Below are positions 38,403 to 52,393 of a DNA stretch of 64,000 nucleotides, in pieces. The number at the start of each line of letters is the position of its first letter. Position 1 is the first letter of the stretch. The DNA comes from Octopus vulgaris (Eukaryota). The DNA is taken from the NCBI GenBank assembly GCA_951406725.2, contig OX597829.1, positions 56,854,001-56,918,000 on the forward strand, given 5' to 3'. A program made the translations under genes and the position numbers. The notes beneath the pieces were generated by a model, which worked only from the letters and a program-made list of their open reading frames with translations, did not search any database and had not been told where the DNA came from.

Positions 38403-38640
38403 GTCGTGTATTGAGCTCTTAGTCAATATACAACAAATGTACATTTGTTTAAATAATTATATAAAGTAAGAGTTGTTTCCTTTGGGAAGCATGAGGTTGG
38501 GGCATTGCTGGGTGAGAGTGGCCACCCTACTTGTTATCTCGTCCCAGTTCTACTCCATTTGGAGGTCTGGACCGAACCAGACCTCAAGCGATTTAACCGG
38601 TCCGTCGATCTAGTGTCATACGATGGAGACGCTTGTGGAT
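38403..38640 (-). mobile_element. Tx1/L1-like ORF2 fragment joined to the family 3' end
   Basis: Minus-strand DGPVKSLEVWFGPDLQME*NWDEITSRVATLTQQ, resembling the post-RT region of L1/Tx1. Confidence 0.6.
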
Positions 38641-39329
38641 AATCACGAACTTCAAAAACAAAAAACTATCGAATATTGCCATTCCTATAATGTTTTTTCA
38701 GCAGGGATAAACTGGAAAGAAAGCTTAATTTACCATATGTTCACCAGAAATAATGGTCAGCCACCTTTAAGAAGTAAACAAAAGTTTTCACAGAAAAAAC
38801 ATTGTTATATGATGCGAACGCAAGAGTGACAGCATTAGAGTAGTTTTATTTAAGTGGAAACTGTAAAGAAAACACTTGCAGACCAGACATCCGGCGAACA
38901 TATAAAAAAGAAGAGTACCCTTTTCTCGATTGCATTTTCCAAACGGAATGACGTTTCTAAGAAAGCTAATGAAACCTTCCGTTGCTATGGTGCAAAAGGA
39001 AGTAAGAGTCGTTTCCCTTGACATGGAAAAATCGTTGACAAAAGGGGTGGGTCACAGAACATTGCGTCCCTTTATTACTGGTGTTCGAGTTATTTTCCTT
39101 TAGATATCTGTGGTTTTCCCCATCACATCACAAGAGGAATTTATAAATAACAATTACTCCCTCGAAAGGAGCAAAACATCTTTCCTTCAGTTTGGAACGA
39201 TAAATCTTGCAGTCGAATGAATGGTAAGAAAAAAGAAAGGGAATTACGATGTGTGCTCGCTGTAAACAAATTACTGGATGCAATAAGTTAAGCAGCAATA
39301 AACTTGTCTTTATATACAAGTTTATAACT

Positions 39330-39526
39330 CGCTCCAATATGCTTGAGGCATATTCGAACCTGCGAGAATGCTACTCACTGTGTTTTGTCATGGAGATAAT
39401 GGTTGCATTGTGAGTTGATCTACATGTATTTACACCATTTGGCGACAACAAGAAATTTTCTTCATGAAAAACACAGCGAATGGCTTTCATATGGTTTCAA
39501 TTATATCTCAAATATATTTGAACTGG
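39330..39526. repeat. Old MITE-like inverted repeat
   Basis: 39330-39405 imperfectly complements 39453-39526 (CTGTGTTTT..CATG). Confidence 0.5.
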
Positions 39527-40806
39527 TATTAACCATGTAAAAAATGGAATGTTGCCTTTAGTTTACATTTCTCCTCCTCTAAGTAGCAATTAAGGATAGA
39601 GTTAGTTATTTGTCTGCAGCAGATACAATAAATACTAAGAGATCTTCCTCTTTATGTAGGGAACAGATCTTGGAAGGGAGGACATGAGAAAATAAGAAGC
39701 AAGGAGGTGAAAGGCGGTAAACAGACATAATAATCGAAAGAAATAATCATGTGCACAGGAGATGGAAAGGAAATTAGAGTCAGAGAGAACAACAGAATGC
39801 AGGAGTAGAAGAGAGAAATGAAAAGAATACGTCTGTATGAAGACTTCTCCTTGCAGTCTCTTGGACAAGATAGTTTACACACACACACACACACTTATAA
39901 ACCTTACACATACACAGTCTCCCTTTTGTCCGTTACCATGACAATAAAACTAGGATTCTAACTGGACAGACAGACCTGAAGCAGACGTTTAGGGAGGAGA
40001 GCATGTCACTGATGAGGTTATGAAAGGCAACAAAAGGACTTTGACAAACAACTGATTGACTGTCTAACAGAATAATGAAACAAGTAATCAATTAATTAAT
40101 TGGTTAAATAACTAACCAATTGACTAATAATTAAGAAATGAAATTGAACCAGTGCATGTGTTTATTAATTTTGTTACATGAGTTCACACCAATAATTTTG
40201 CAAACGAAATACAAAAATGATATATATATTAAAAATCCCCACTCATCATGATCATTGTCATCCTATGCCAGCTTCCTAGGCTGGCATGAGTTGGACAGGT
40301 AACCATGGTCGCAGTCATTTATTATTGGGGGCCATTACTCCCATAGGTTGTTCTTGTGAATGTCATTTGGCTTGGTTTTGATGGTTGGATGCCCCTCTTT
40401 TTAGAAACCAGTTTACAGAGTGAATTGAATGCATTTTCTTTAGGGCACCAACACTTGACGGGGTCGAATAGTTTGTTATGGGCAATGCAGCATTAAAGAG
40501 ATCTCGCAAAGAGATTTACCTGCTCATTTGTCACTCAGATTTTTCTGACATCAGTACTAGGGAGGTAACCTCATTCACCATTCACCTGTTGAGGGAATGT
40601 GGCAGATTTTGTTGTAGCAGAGGAAGTAGGGTGCTTTGTACATGGTAGATGTGTAGATTGCAGAGGGGAACAGGACAGTGAGTGATGGGAGCAGAAAAAT
40701 TATAAATGAGTGTGTGAGATGTATGTGTAAGGAGAGTGTAATTAGAGAAAGTACTCAATAAGCTAGGGTGTGTATATTTGCTCAAGTGGCTGAGAGGAAT
40801 AGGGGA

Positions 40807-40837
<31 letters not shown>

Positions 40838-41504
40838 ACCATCAGACAATAGCAGAGGTGGATAAAGGTAAAGGTAAAGGTGATGAGACTGAGAAAGAGT
40901 TGGTGCTGTGCACCATGCATCACTGACCATGCATCCACGACCGTGTCCACCAATAATAAATGCAGAATTGGTGAGAGTGGGAGTGCCATGCCTGTAGAGG
41001 TGGGAGCATAGTGTTGTTGACTTCATGCCAAAGTCTTTCTGTTGGTTTGGTCTTGGATGCTTGTGTGTGTGTGGATGCAGCAGCACTATTCCTGAAGCTT
41101 ATATCTACACTTGTATCACAGCCACCCTTACATTATCAATGTACAGCTTTAGTGTTCATGAACGACAAGGCACAGAGGTAAGCTAAGAGAAAAACTAGGT
41201 ATAAGAGAAATCATGTGTTGTGTACAAGAGACACAGCTGCACTGGCATGGATGATGACAATTTGGGTGAAACCATGGCAAGAGATTCATGTGGAAGGGGC
41301 CAGAATGGAAGAGAAAAACTGAGGAAAGCACAAGAAGTGGTGAAGGTAAATCTCTAGAAGTTGACCCTCACAAAAGAAATGAGAAATGAATACCATATGT
41401 GGTGGGGGATGTGGGTGGGTGGAAGATGGTTTAGAGTGGATCCATCTGATCCATGAGAGCATGGAAAAAGGCAACATAAAAATCATGACGGCAACGATAT
41501 GGAT

Positions 41505-41738
41505 CAGTGGCTCTCAACTGGGGGCCGTATATGATTTTGTTAAAATTTATATATAATAAATTGATTTTTATTCTACAATACAGGAAATATTTTGCCAATT
41601 TTTTTATACAATTCCCAATAATATTTAATTATGAATATATATTAGGATTTTAAAAATATTGAATAGTTATGAGGATCCATTTGAGTAAAACAGGAATCTA
41701 AGAGGTCCATAGGGGAAGAAAATGGTTAAGAATCACTG
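41505..41738. mobile_element. hAT-type MITE
   Basis: TIRs CAGTGGCTCTCAAC / GTTAAGAATCACTG with 8-bp TSD ATATGGAT / ATGTGGAC. Confidence 0.7.
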
Positions 41739-44700
41739 ATGTGGACAATCATATCTCATACATAAATGTCTTCTAATCTTCATACTGTACAACAGCCATA
41801 CCAACTATGCTTACTATAGGAGCATGACCTTTAAGGTCACAGGTCAGTCTTGCCCTCCTCTAACAAATTTACATCTTTAAACACACATTAATGGCCTCAA
41901 CAGAAACAGGAGATTAAATAAAAACAAAAACACAATTAATATTTACAAAGTTTTATTGGTATAAAAAGTTTTTCCAAAAAACGAAACCAAAAAAAAAAAA
42001 AATTAAAGTGTTGTTCTTTGAAAATGATGTGTAAATAAAGAGATGGTACCAAGAAGAAAATACCTTTGAAATGGTTTTACCTCAATCTCAATCAGGTTCC
42101 TTATTTTGAACTCCAAGAAGTTTTTAAAAATTTTTTTATTTCAATGCAAAATGTGTGTGTATAAAATACACGTGTGTGTGTGTGTGTGTGTTATATATAA
42201 TGTATACATATTATACACACACTCAATTTCAATACATTTTTTTTAAATACTGAGAGAAGTTAGAAAAGAAACTATTTGTGACTAATTTCAAGAAAGTCAT
42301 CCTGAGGACTAAATTGAATGAGTCATAAAATAATACTGTTTTGGAACCAGTTCAAAATTTGGTTCCCTAATACACAAACTATGAACCAATTTCAATATTA
42401 ACCCCTTCCTCATCCCCACCCACCAACTTTAAGCATACGTTCATATACACTAACATACAGTATTACACACGATTGAGTGTGTACACATATTAACACTTCC
42501 CTCTGAAGAAAAACCGTTTCACAGCAAAACTCTTCTAGCAGCAGCAACCGATTGGAGAGGCAGCTGTTCCACCAAATCAAAGTTAATACATTGCATTATC
42601 AATGTAGTGTTGCCTCATGGACCGAAACAGGCTCCGGTTATCTAACTGTAACAATCACTCTACTACCATCCATCTCTTCATTAACTTAGATTGGCAAACA
42701 TTTATAAAAATTCCATTCTAGATTATTGGAGAATTCTTTTTTAATAGAAAAATTCCAATTTTCTTTTCTTGAATTTACTACATAAAAAAATTAAATGTGT
42801 CATGGTATCTCGATAGATCCCTAAGCCATGAAATTATACCTAGAATTATTTGACTACCAGACAAAATGTCTTGTTATTCATTTTGAGTCTTTACATACTG
42901 GGTTCAAATCACACCAAGGCCAATAAAGAATGAGTCAAGTGCTGGGATCTATTTAACTAACTTTCTGGATTTATAATCTATAAAAGGAATTATTTAACTA
43001 GATTGTTACCTGTAAAGACAACAGGTACCTTAGAAAGTATATCTTTGCTACCATGGATCAATATCAAGAAATAAGGCAAACATACAATAATTCTAATTTA
43101 ACGTTTATCAAATTTCTGAGACCTTAAAAAGAAATGATGAAATAATGAATACTAATTATCAAAATAAAAAATAAAAATCTCGTTTGACTCCACCCATGAC
43201 CAATCTGTCTATTAGTCCCTCTCCACCTCCTACAACCAACCCAAGTATATGTACTCATCCTGCACCTCTCGTGTTAACTATCTCCACCCCTTCTCTAAAT
43301 GATTTAAAGTGACTGGAGATTTAAAACCAACCTTTATATCAGCTCTCATGGCTATTATTATTATTATTATTATTAACAATGCAGCAGCAAGCTGGCAGAA
43401 CCATCAAGCAAAATGCTTTCTGGCATTTTGTCTGGTTTTTTCAATCTGAGTTTAAATTCCACCGGGGTCAACTTTGCTTTTCATTCTTTCAGGGTCGATA
43501 AAATAAGTACCAGTTGAGTACTGGGGTTGATCTAATTGAGTTACCCCCCCAACACAAAATTGCTGGACTTGTGCCTATAGTAGAAAGGATTATTAATATT
43601 AAATTTAGGGAAACTGAATCATTTTTATGGGTTTTTAAAAAAAAAATCTCCAATTGAATTATGCAATATTCCAAATTATATTTTGAAATATTTTGAAATA
43701 TAGGTGGAAGAAGCAGACGTAGATCTGCCATCGTCTTGATGGCACTGAAATCAGGTTTCAATCTTTGCTGGTGTTTATTTTATTTCACATTACATTCCCT
43801 CCTACCCTCTTTCCTTTCCCTGCAAATCTTTTGCTGCCGACATGTCTTTACCATTTACAGTAAACTCTTAAGCATATCCAGAAATAAATCTAATATATTA
43901 ATACTGTTTAAAAATTCTTGTAAATACTGAGACTTTTTACTGTGAAAAGTATTATTGGGCAAACACGTGTATACACACGCAATATATGTGCTATACACAC
44001 CCACATAATCAATAAAATATGTATAAGTAATTAATATGTAAATGTAATTATGTACTTCATTTGAGCATTTCATCCAATGAACTCATTGTATTTATATTCT
44101 TCATAAATTAAATAATAATGAAGTGTATGAACAACCTGAATTTGAAAACTTAGAGAAAGGTATGAATTATATGAAGATTAAGTTAAAAATCAACTAAATA
44201 TATTAAATATTGCACCCTTATCTTGCTAAGTTTATGAGATATAAAAAGAACACTGAAGTACCCTGGTATAACAACTTATATCATTATTTACCCACAGAAA
44301 AACCTTTTAGTGTATTCTACAATAGGTTGTCATGGAAATTTATATTGACCAATCCCACCAAAAATTACATTTAAATAAAATGGTTTGACAATTTTTGGCA
44401 TGAAATTTTATGTGTGTGTGTATTGTAATTTTTCCATCACTTTTCCCAGGGTAGCACAGGGTAGATTAATGCACCATCACATTCACACTCCATTTCTATG
44501 ACCTTTTCCTTGCTAACATGGTTTCAATTAACAATGTTCATTTACACTGTATTTTTCCCCATGTTTATATATTTGGTGCCTTACATAAATGAATACTTAA
44601 TATAATTGATACCTCCTGTACAAACAGTTTAATCAAACTCAATATTTTCATGTTTTATTTTTTTTCACACACAACAAGAAATCAATTTCCTCATATCAGC

Positions 44701-44777
44701 TGACATCAACAACAAATATTACATGAGAAACAATTAACAACAAAAACATACAAGTAAACTGAAATGTAAAACAGGGG

Positions 44778-44841
44778 CACCAATCAATATAATTTTGGCA
44801 CCAATCAATATAATTTTGGTACCAACCAAAATAATTTTTGA
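44778..44841 (+). repeat. 21-bp minisatellite, 3 copies
   Basis: (GCACCAATCAATATAATTTTG)x2 plus a diverged third copy. Confidence 0.8.
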
Positions 44842-44961
44842 TATTCTTATATTTCTCAGGACCAAAACTAGAATATTAATATTTCCCTAACATAAGACCA
44901 AATAAAACAAACAATGGTCTCAGATACAGGCTGCTACAATGTTAATTGTAGCCATAGATTT

Positions 44962-45173
44962 TAATCCTTTTGATACCAAACTCTCTGAGTTCTTTGATAT
45001 GAACTTCCTGCTTTAAAATTATCTAAATTAAAACAATCAAAATTTCATCTTAATTTATGTTCCAAACATCAGCTTAATTAACGATAATATTATTTAACTA
45101 AATTCTTTATTATTTTCAAAATTAATTGAAACAGAGGCAGTAGATGTCAACAGAAATATGGTAGCAAAAGGTT
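44962..45173. mobile_element. piggyBac-type MITE, inverted relative of 372-569
   Basis: TTAATCCTTTTGATACC ... AACAGAAATATGGTAGCAAAAGG. The internal TAACTAAATTCTTTATTATTTTCAAAATTAATTGAAA block is shared with 372-569. Confidence 0.6.
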
Positions 45174-45959
45174 TAGGAAAACAAAATTGGTGTTCTTTAT
45201 TTAGAATTTTAATCCTTAATGACCAAGTCTTTATTTTACTTTTATTTTAAAAGTCCTTTTCTCTATTTATTTTAGTAAGTTTTAAAAATATATTTACAGG
45301 CTATAATTTAAAAATGAAATATCTATTTTCTAACTGTAAAAAAAAAAAAATTTTAACAGGAATCTGAACAAAATGGATTTTGGAATTTTCCAAATGTGCT
45401 GAAATCTGCTTTGAATACAAGTGTGTGTGTGTGTGTGTGTGACAGTAGTAAGTACATTGTGTTTGTAATGATGATGTTAAATGGTGACACAGAGTCTACA
45501 GTTTAAAAAGATTAAGATTTAAATCTTATTGATTTCCAATTAAACTGCTTACATGAATGATAAGCCATGAGAAAGAGATCAATACTTTTTGAGATGTCAT
45601 ACTGCTACAGAAAGATTCACTGGACAACAAAAACAACAAACACTGCAGACATAAATGGTAAATGGTAGGTGCCATTCCTCTTTAACACAGGTTGTGTAAC
45701 ATTTGGGACAGATCTTCAAAATTCTTGAAAAGGCCATGTTTGGAATGATGAATGATACAAGGTGGAAGAAAAAGAAAAGAAAAAGATTGGAAAAGAGACC
45801 AACTGGTTGTAATGTACAAGATCTGTGTATGGCAGCCAACAATGAAAGATATCAAGAAACCTAAAAGAGATTCACTGGAGACCTGAAGTTAAAAAGCCTA
45901 AAATCTCATTCCACATCAACAAATGAATACTATTATTACATTACATATCCTGTAGTCTG

Positions 45960-46290
45960 GTTGCCCACTAGAGGTCACCACTGGTAACCTTGTGACCTGA
46001 TCCTTCCACTCTGTCTCTCACAGATAGGCCTCCCCACTCACAGATGTTGTTTACCCTCCTCTTTCTCTGTCTGCCTTTGCACCTGCCACCTTCGACCATT
46101 CCCTGAAGGATTGTTTTGGCCATTCCTGATGAGCAGGTAACATGCCCAACCACTGGAGCTTGTTTTTCTTTACTGTGTTAAAAAGTTCCTTAAAGGGTCC
46201 TGTTGCCTGCCTTCTTCCTCTCACTTCTTCATTTGTGACACAGTCTCTGTATGAGTATAGGGGGTTCTGGTCAGAGATAATACCTTTGTA
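45960..46290 (-). mobile_element. RTE-type LINE C-terminal fragment
   Basis: SYRDCVTNEEVR..KLQW(F)GHVT..MAKTILQGMVEGGRCKGRQRKR. Confidence 0.8.
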
Positions 46291-47615
46291 GTCTGGTTGT
46301 TGCACCCTGCAACTAGAGCAGGAGTGCGGGGAGCACACTAATTCTTGACCATCTTCTAAATCTCTCATGTCTGGTTCTTCATGTCACAACCTGGGCAATG
46401 GTCTCAGCAGGCCGGCTAAACAATGTGAAGGGGTGGTATGAACATGGCACCACTGGGTGAAGGACCACCTTGGTTGCAAAATACTGGCCAAGACGGAAGA
46501 GTTACAAGTAAAACTTAATGGCTACTTGTTCTTGACCTGGGTGCACTGCCTGGTTGGAGGAAGTTGGCCTTGGTCAGGCATGGAGAGGGATGGGCTTTGT
46601 TGGGCTGTATTGCCCAAGCTACATTAAATGATGACAATCAGAGTTGAACCTGTACATGATCAGCTGTCACTTGGATCTCTAAGGGCCACACCTTCTGTTG
46701 CGCACCAGGCTGGAAGTGTCAAGTATGCAACTGACATACAAAACAAGATTTATGCCACAAAGAACATCTCCATTGGCACATGGAATGTAAGAACACTCCA
46801 AGCACCAAGTAAGGTTGAGGAACTGGGGCATGAAATGAACAATTACAGTGGAACATTCTTGGACTGTGTGAGATGAAATGGAAGAACAGTGGGGAAACCT
46901 ATACAGAAAAGGGCCACAAGTTTTATTTCAGTAGCAGAGAAGATATTCATGAGGAGGAAGTAAGTTTCCTAATTAATAAAGACTGTGTGAGTGCAGTGAC
47001 AGGCTGCCGGCCAGTGTCCAGCAGACTCATCGCTATTCGTCCTGAGGGCGAGTCTCTTCAATTTAACTATTGTGTAAGTGTATGCTCCAACATCTGATTA
47101 CAGCGATGAGGACATTGATGAGTTTTATGACCAGCTTCACAAAATAGTTGATCAAACACCCAAGCAAGATGTATTGGTTGTACAAGGTATTTTGGAATGC
47201 CAAAGTAGGGTGAGATGTGTGTGCAAACTGGGAATGGTACATGCAGCAGCTTTTCTAACAAAGAGACAAATGAGAGAAGATTGAGATTGAGATTGAATTT
47301 GCCACAGCTAATGATCTAAAACTGACAAACACCTTCGGACCACACAAACTATCTCTGCAATGGATGTGACGTAGTGCTATGGCAAAGTTCAAAACCAGAT
47401 AGACTATGCCACGGTGAAAAGGCACTTTTATTCCAACATAAACAGTGCCAGAACACAGAGCTTCTGTGGTGCAGACATAGGAATCGGTCATGACCTGGTC
47501 AGGGTGACTTTCCGTCAGCACCTGAAGAAAATGAAAAGAGAGGGCTATACAGGAGTTAAATTCAGTCTTGAAAAGCTAAAAGTTCCAGGAATTAGGGAAG
47601 AAATTGAAGCTAAAT
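46290..47615 (+). mobile_element. RTE-type LINE 5' fragment (UTR + APE endonuclease)
   Basis: IGTWNVRTL, LGLCEMKW, PVSSRLIAIR, VYAPTSDYSDEDIDEFY, NQIDY and GADIGIGHDLV. Frameshifted. Confidence 0.85.
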
Positions 47616-48517
47616 ACAATTATAATACCACATAAAAGATCCAAAATGTTTAAAACAGAAACTAACATAATGAATAGACATGCATTCTCTTGTATTATTA
47701 TTATTATTATTACTACTACTACTATTATTACTACTACAACTCTCTAAGTCGAGATATTGCCATTCAATCAAATAAAGGATTGATGGTTTACATCCTAATA
47801 TACGTTAGCTCTCACTGGCTCAGTCCATCTTGATGTAGACAGAAACCACAAACACATGTATATCAAACTTAATTTCTGAAAAAGAGGTTTACTATTGAAT
47901 AGCAAGAATTACTGCAACTAATGAGTGCTTCTTTATCAAAGAGTGCCAAACACAAATATTAGCATTGATTTAACTTGGAGTCTATAATAAGGTTAATGAT
48001 TCATTGAGGGATTACATATATATTTATATTTATATATGATTAAGGTAAGTCAAGCAACTGGCTTTATCACAATCTGCATGACAAATATTGAATATTGATC
48101 ATTTAATGATTGATTGAAATTCAATTGAGTGTTTTAAAAAAAATGTGAAGTGAAGTTTTATTTTTTAAAAATATGTGAGTGAAAGGATCAATAAATTAAT
48201 AAGGTAGTTGTAGCAACTCCCACAGTGCAACAGGGGAAACTTGTGCCATGTTGAGCCCCCTACTACATGAACTGGGTTCTCAACCGACACAAAGTTAGTC
48301 TATTGCTGTTAATGCCTGTTACAAAAAGGCATGAATGCCACAACACATAGGATTATTTTTTTGTGCTTAAAGAAAAAAAAAAATCCCCCCCACCCAATCA
48401 ACCTCCAGTATTTGGGTATTTTATGATATTGATCATAACAATAACTGTACATGTATAAATATTAAGGGAAATGGAAATCAATTCTAGATTAAATACACAC
48501 AGACACACACATGTTTG

Positions 48518-48565
<48 letters not shown>

Positions 48566-49204
48566 CCACTGCAATGGCAGTTGTAAGTGGAAGGGTTTTT
48601 CACTAGTTTCATTTAGCTCACGAGTGTTATAAGAAGCAATAGCTAGCTTGAAATTAGGTATAGTTGAATAAGAAATTTTTACTCTTTTTGTGAATATTTT
48701 GCCGTATTTATGAATTGGGGTAAGTTGTTACAAGTTAGACAGAAGAGTCAGTAAACTTGAGGGGTTGGACTTAGTTGATACAACTGACCTGAGTATTTTT
48801 TTCTTTTGACCCCCGAAAGGATGAAAGAGCTGGTAAAAATATCGCAGGACAGTCTTTTTTTGACACTTATAATTCTGCCATCTCACCAATCTTAAAAATT
48901 GTCTCTAATTTATGCCCAAGACCAGCAGTTTTGAAGGGAAGGAGTGCTCAAGCAAATCCAGTACTTGACTGGTGTTTATCTTATCAAAGGATTAAAGGCA
49001 AAGTTAACCTTAGCAAGGAAAAAAAAATGAGCCCTATAATTTTGTCAAAGACTTAGTCTTTGATTTAAAGTACATTCCATAAAAGTGAAGTGTCACCGGA
49101 ATCAACCAGAGAGAGAGAGGAAAGAAAAAGATGCAAAACAAAAAGGAATGGCTAAACTAGGAACTGCAACCACATTACAAAAATATGTTGCAGCTTTAAG
49201 GAAT

Positions 49205-49240
<36 letters not shown>

Positions 49241-49840
49241 CATCAGGAAAGTGTTAGATGATTGAACAGATGTGGTAGCATGGACCTGTAGGCTGCAGGT
49301 AGCAAGCCCACTATGCATGCAATAATAATAATAATAATCCTTCCTACTGGAAGCACAATGCCTCAGATTTGGAGAATAGATTAAATTGATTACATCAACC
49401 CCAGTCCATAACTGGTACTTATTTAACCAATCCCAAAAGGATGAAAGGCAAAATCAACCACAGCAGAATTTGAATGATAATAATAAATGGTTCTGTTGAT
49501 AAGAAATCAGAAAATGAGTTTATTAGAAAGTATAGGAGTTATTAGGGGCAGTGGTTTGTATTTTAGTGAATGGATTTTGTGTGTGTGGGGGAGAGTGATT
49601 TGGTGTAAAAGAATGAGATATAATATTTATCACTGCAGATATTTTGTTAAATTTCAGACAGCAGCACAAGGAAATTTACATTTGTATTAGTTTAACCTGG
49701 TTGGCTGTTCAATCTGATCGATAACTGCTGGGGATCTTAAAGGAGAAAAGCTTGCTTGTAATGACAGAATAGGGTCTTTGTCATGGTGAGGAGAGACAGA
49801 AATTTTCTTTTGCTTTAAAAGCTTCAGAGCTTTTGCTTAA

Positions 49841-50917
49841 CCCTTTCGTTACTATATTTCTGACCAAAATACACCCCTTATGTGTTTCAATTAATTTCTA
49901 ACGTAATCATAAATTTAGTCTGGTTTCATTAAACAACTATAACTTTTTTATTTATCAATATATTAACGTGAATTTTGGAAGATAATTTAATGAAATGTTC
50001 TCAACCAATTCTACACTATAATTTTTGTCACAAAGTGACTCTAATTGCAGGTAGATACAGGTAAATTCAACAAAATATAAAATTATTAAAATTTTGTTCA
50101 AACATCGCAATAGAAAACTAATATTCAGTTGGGTATACAACAAAATTTTACGATAGAATTTGTTATTCTGGGTAACTTTCTGATACCTATAATAATATTT
50201 ATGGCAAAATAGTCTTAATTTCATTTAAGGTTGTGGGAAACCACTAACTATCCTTTCTTTCGCTTTGTTTACGTTAGCGTAACGGTTCGTTTCCGCCGTA
50301 ATGATTTCAAATAGGCTCATTTGAAAAAGTAAAAAGAAATAGTCTAAGGCTTTACTCTTCTGGGAAAGTCTGTGGCTTGGTCCAGTTTCTTCAGAAAAAT
50401 CACCGAAAGAAACAGTTTTTAAATTTTCACTCCATTCAGGTGCCAATTCATTTTCTTTATCGCTGCCAGAGCTCTCGGATTCACTGTTTTCACTTTCGGA
50501 AAATGAAACATCAGATTCATTATCAAATACCACGTGCTTTTTTTTCTTTCAGTCATAGAGTTAGATTTATCAAGGTCTTCAGTAGAAAATCCTTCGAATT
50601 CTGACTCGCTGCTTGATATAATGAAATTCGTATCCATTTTTTGTCAGAATTACAAATTTTGAAAACACAATAGGAACAAATTTCGGAAAAAAATCTCCCA
50701 AAATTCACGGAATTAAAATTACACTTTGATCGTTGTACAAAACTGTAGATGAACTGTTTACGAAGTATAATCACTTGTTTTCACGAATGTACTAAAGAGA
50801 TTTGCTCTGATATTCTCATTTAAATATGAATAGGTAAATACGGGCGGGTTTGGGCGGCTTGGTCACATTAACCAAAATTTTTTTCGGGCGGCTTTGGGCG
50901 GTTTTGTAACGAAAGGG
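49841..50917 (-). mobile_element. Internally deleted piggyBac transposon
   Basis: TTAA|CCCTTTCGTTAC ... GTAACGAAAGGG|TTAA. Minus-strand acidic N-terminus (SESEFEGF) and LDYFFLLF..IITAETNRYA, typical of piggyBac transposases. Confidence 0.92.
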
Positions 50918-51338
50918 TTAAAACTTGAAATATTCAACTAAAATGAGACAAATACAGGCATAGCTGTGCAGTTGAGAAGTTCAATTTGCAATGCTGTGGT
51001 TCTAGATTTGATCTCAGTGCAAGGTTGCCATGGACAAGTGTCTTCTAAGACAGATACAGCAGATAATCCAATGCTGCCCGAGTGAAAATTTTGTAGACGG
51101 AAACTATGTAGAAGCCTGCCATAGGTGTGTGTGTGTGTGCATGTGTTTATGTTAAGGCTGATTTAGAAAGTAGTATTATATCATCTCAATGAGGTGAGAA
51201 CCGTTATTAATTAAAGAGGAACAGCAATGATGAAATGGTGTGAACAATGATCAGGAAGGTAAAAAAAGGGACAATATAAAATCCTGTAAAAAGACATTTC
51301 AAGACCAGCACTCTACCATTTCTGCCAGCCTACTAAGC

Positions 51339-51378
<40 letters not shown>

Positions 51379-52169
51379 ATATATATATATATGCATTACT
51401 ATCATTTAAAAGTAAGTGAATAGTTAATCTGATTGAATACAAACAAAATTGGTGGTCAGTTGTCACAGACAAGTTAGAGAAAAAGAAGAAAAAAAAAGAA
51501 GAAAAGCAAGTATTTCGGGAGATAAGGTAGAATTACTTGTGTGACAACAACAATAATTTTTGTTTTGTGGTTTGAAACCTTAACATGGAACTGGTCACAA
51601 CCAATTTGAGCAATGTTTTGCAATTTGTGGAATTCTACCACATTCACATAAATCTGAAAATAATTCTGTTGGCATCAGTTTCGGTTTACCAAATTAAATA
51701 CTCTTTCATAATGAGTACAATTGTAACAACAACTGCCGTATTATTTATATATACTCACACACACACACACACACATTCTTACTTGCTTCAGCCATGCTGG
51801 AGCACTGCCTTGAAGGGTTTGATTGAACAAATTGATCCTAAAACTTAATTTTTTCTATAGGAGTTAATGGGTGCAAACCCCTTCTACTGCTAAGTTAGTG
51901 GGGTGTAAACAAACACAAAGACCCATGCATGCACACACATTCAGAATACTAAAACATGTTGGCTAAACCAATTCTACACAATTGTTACACTGTGTGTGTG
52001 TGTGTGTATACACCCATACATCCACACAGGGTGTGTGTAGCTAAAAACATAGACGCTCAATATTATAACTCATCTTTTACTTTTAGCCGTACGGTCTACA
52101 TTAGCTCTAACCATTCAGCGCACTTTATTTCAGTAAACATTGGTTTTATTACACAGGTTTGTGAGGTGT

Positions 52170-52393
52170 AGACGTGGAGGTCTTCAAAGAGTACCTGGAC
52201 AAATTTTTATCCGAAATACCAGATGAACCAATATTGTGGAAAGAGGTACAAAGAAGACTGGCTCTGTCCAGCTCGCTGCTTCACACACACACACACACAC
52301 ACACAAAAACTACAGAAGGGAAACCCAAACACACTGAAAGGCGGTGCTCCAGCATGGTCCCAGCCTTTCGCTGAAACCAGTAAAAGATAAAAG
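52170..52393 (+). mobile_element. CR1-like LINE 3' end
   Basis: VEVFKEYLDKFLSEIPDEP C-terminal motif, then the tail GGCGGTGCTCCAGCATGG..CTGAAACCAGTAAAAGATAAAAG. Confidence 0.65.
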
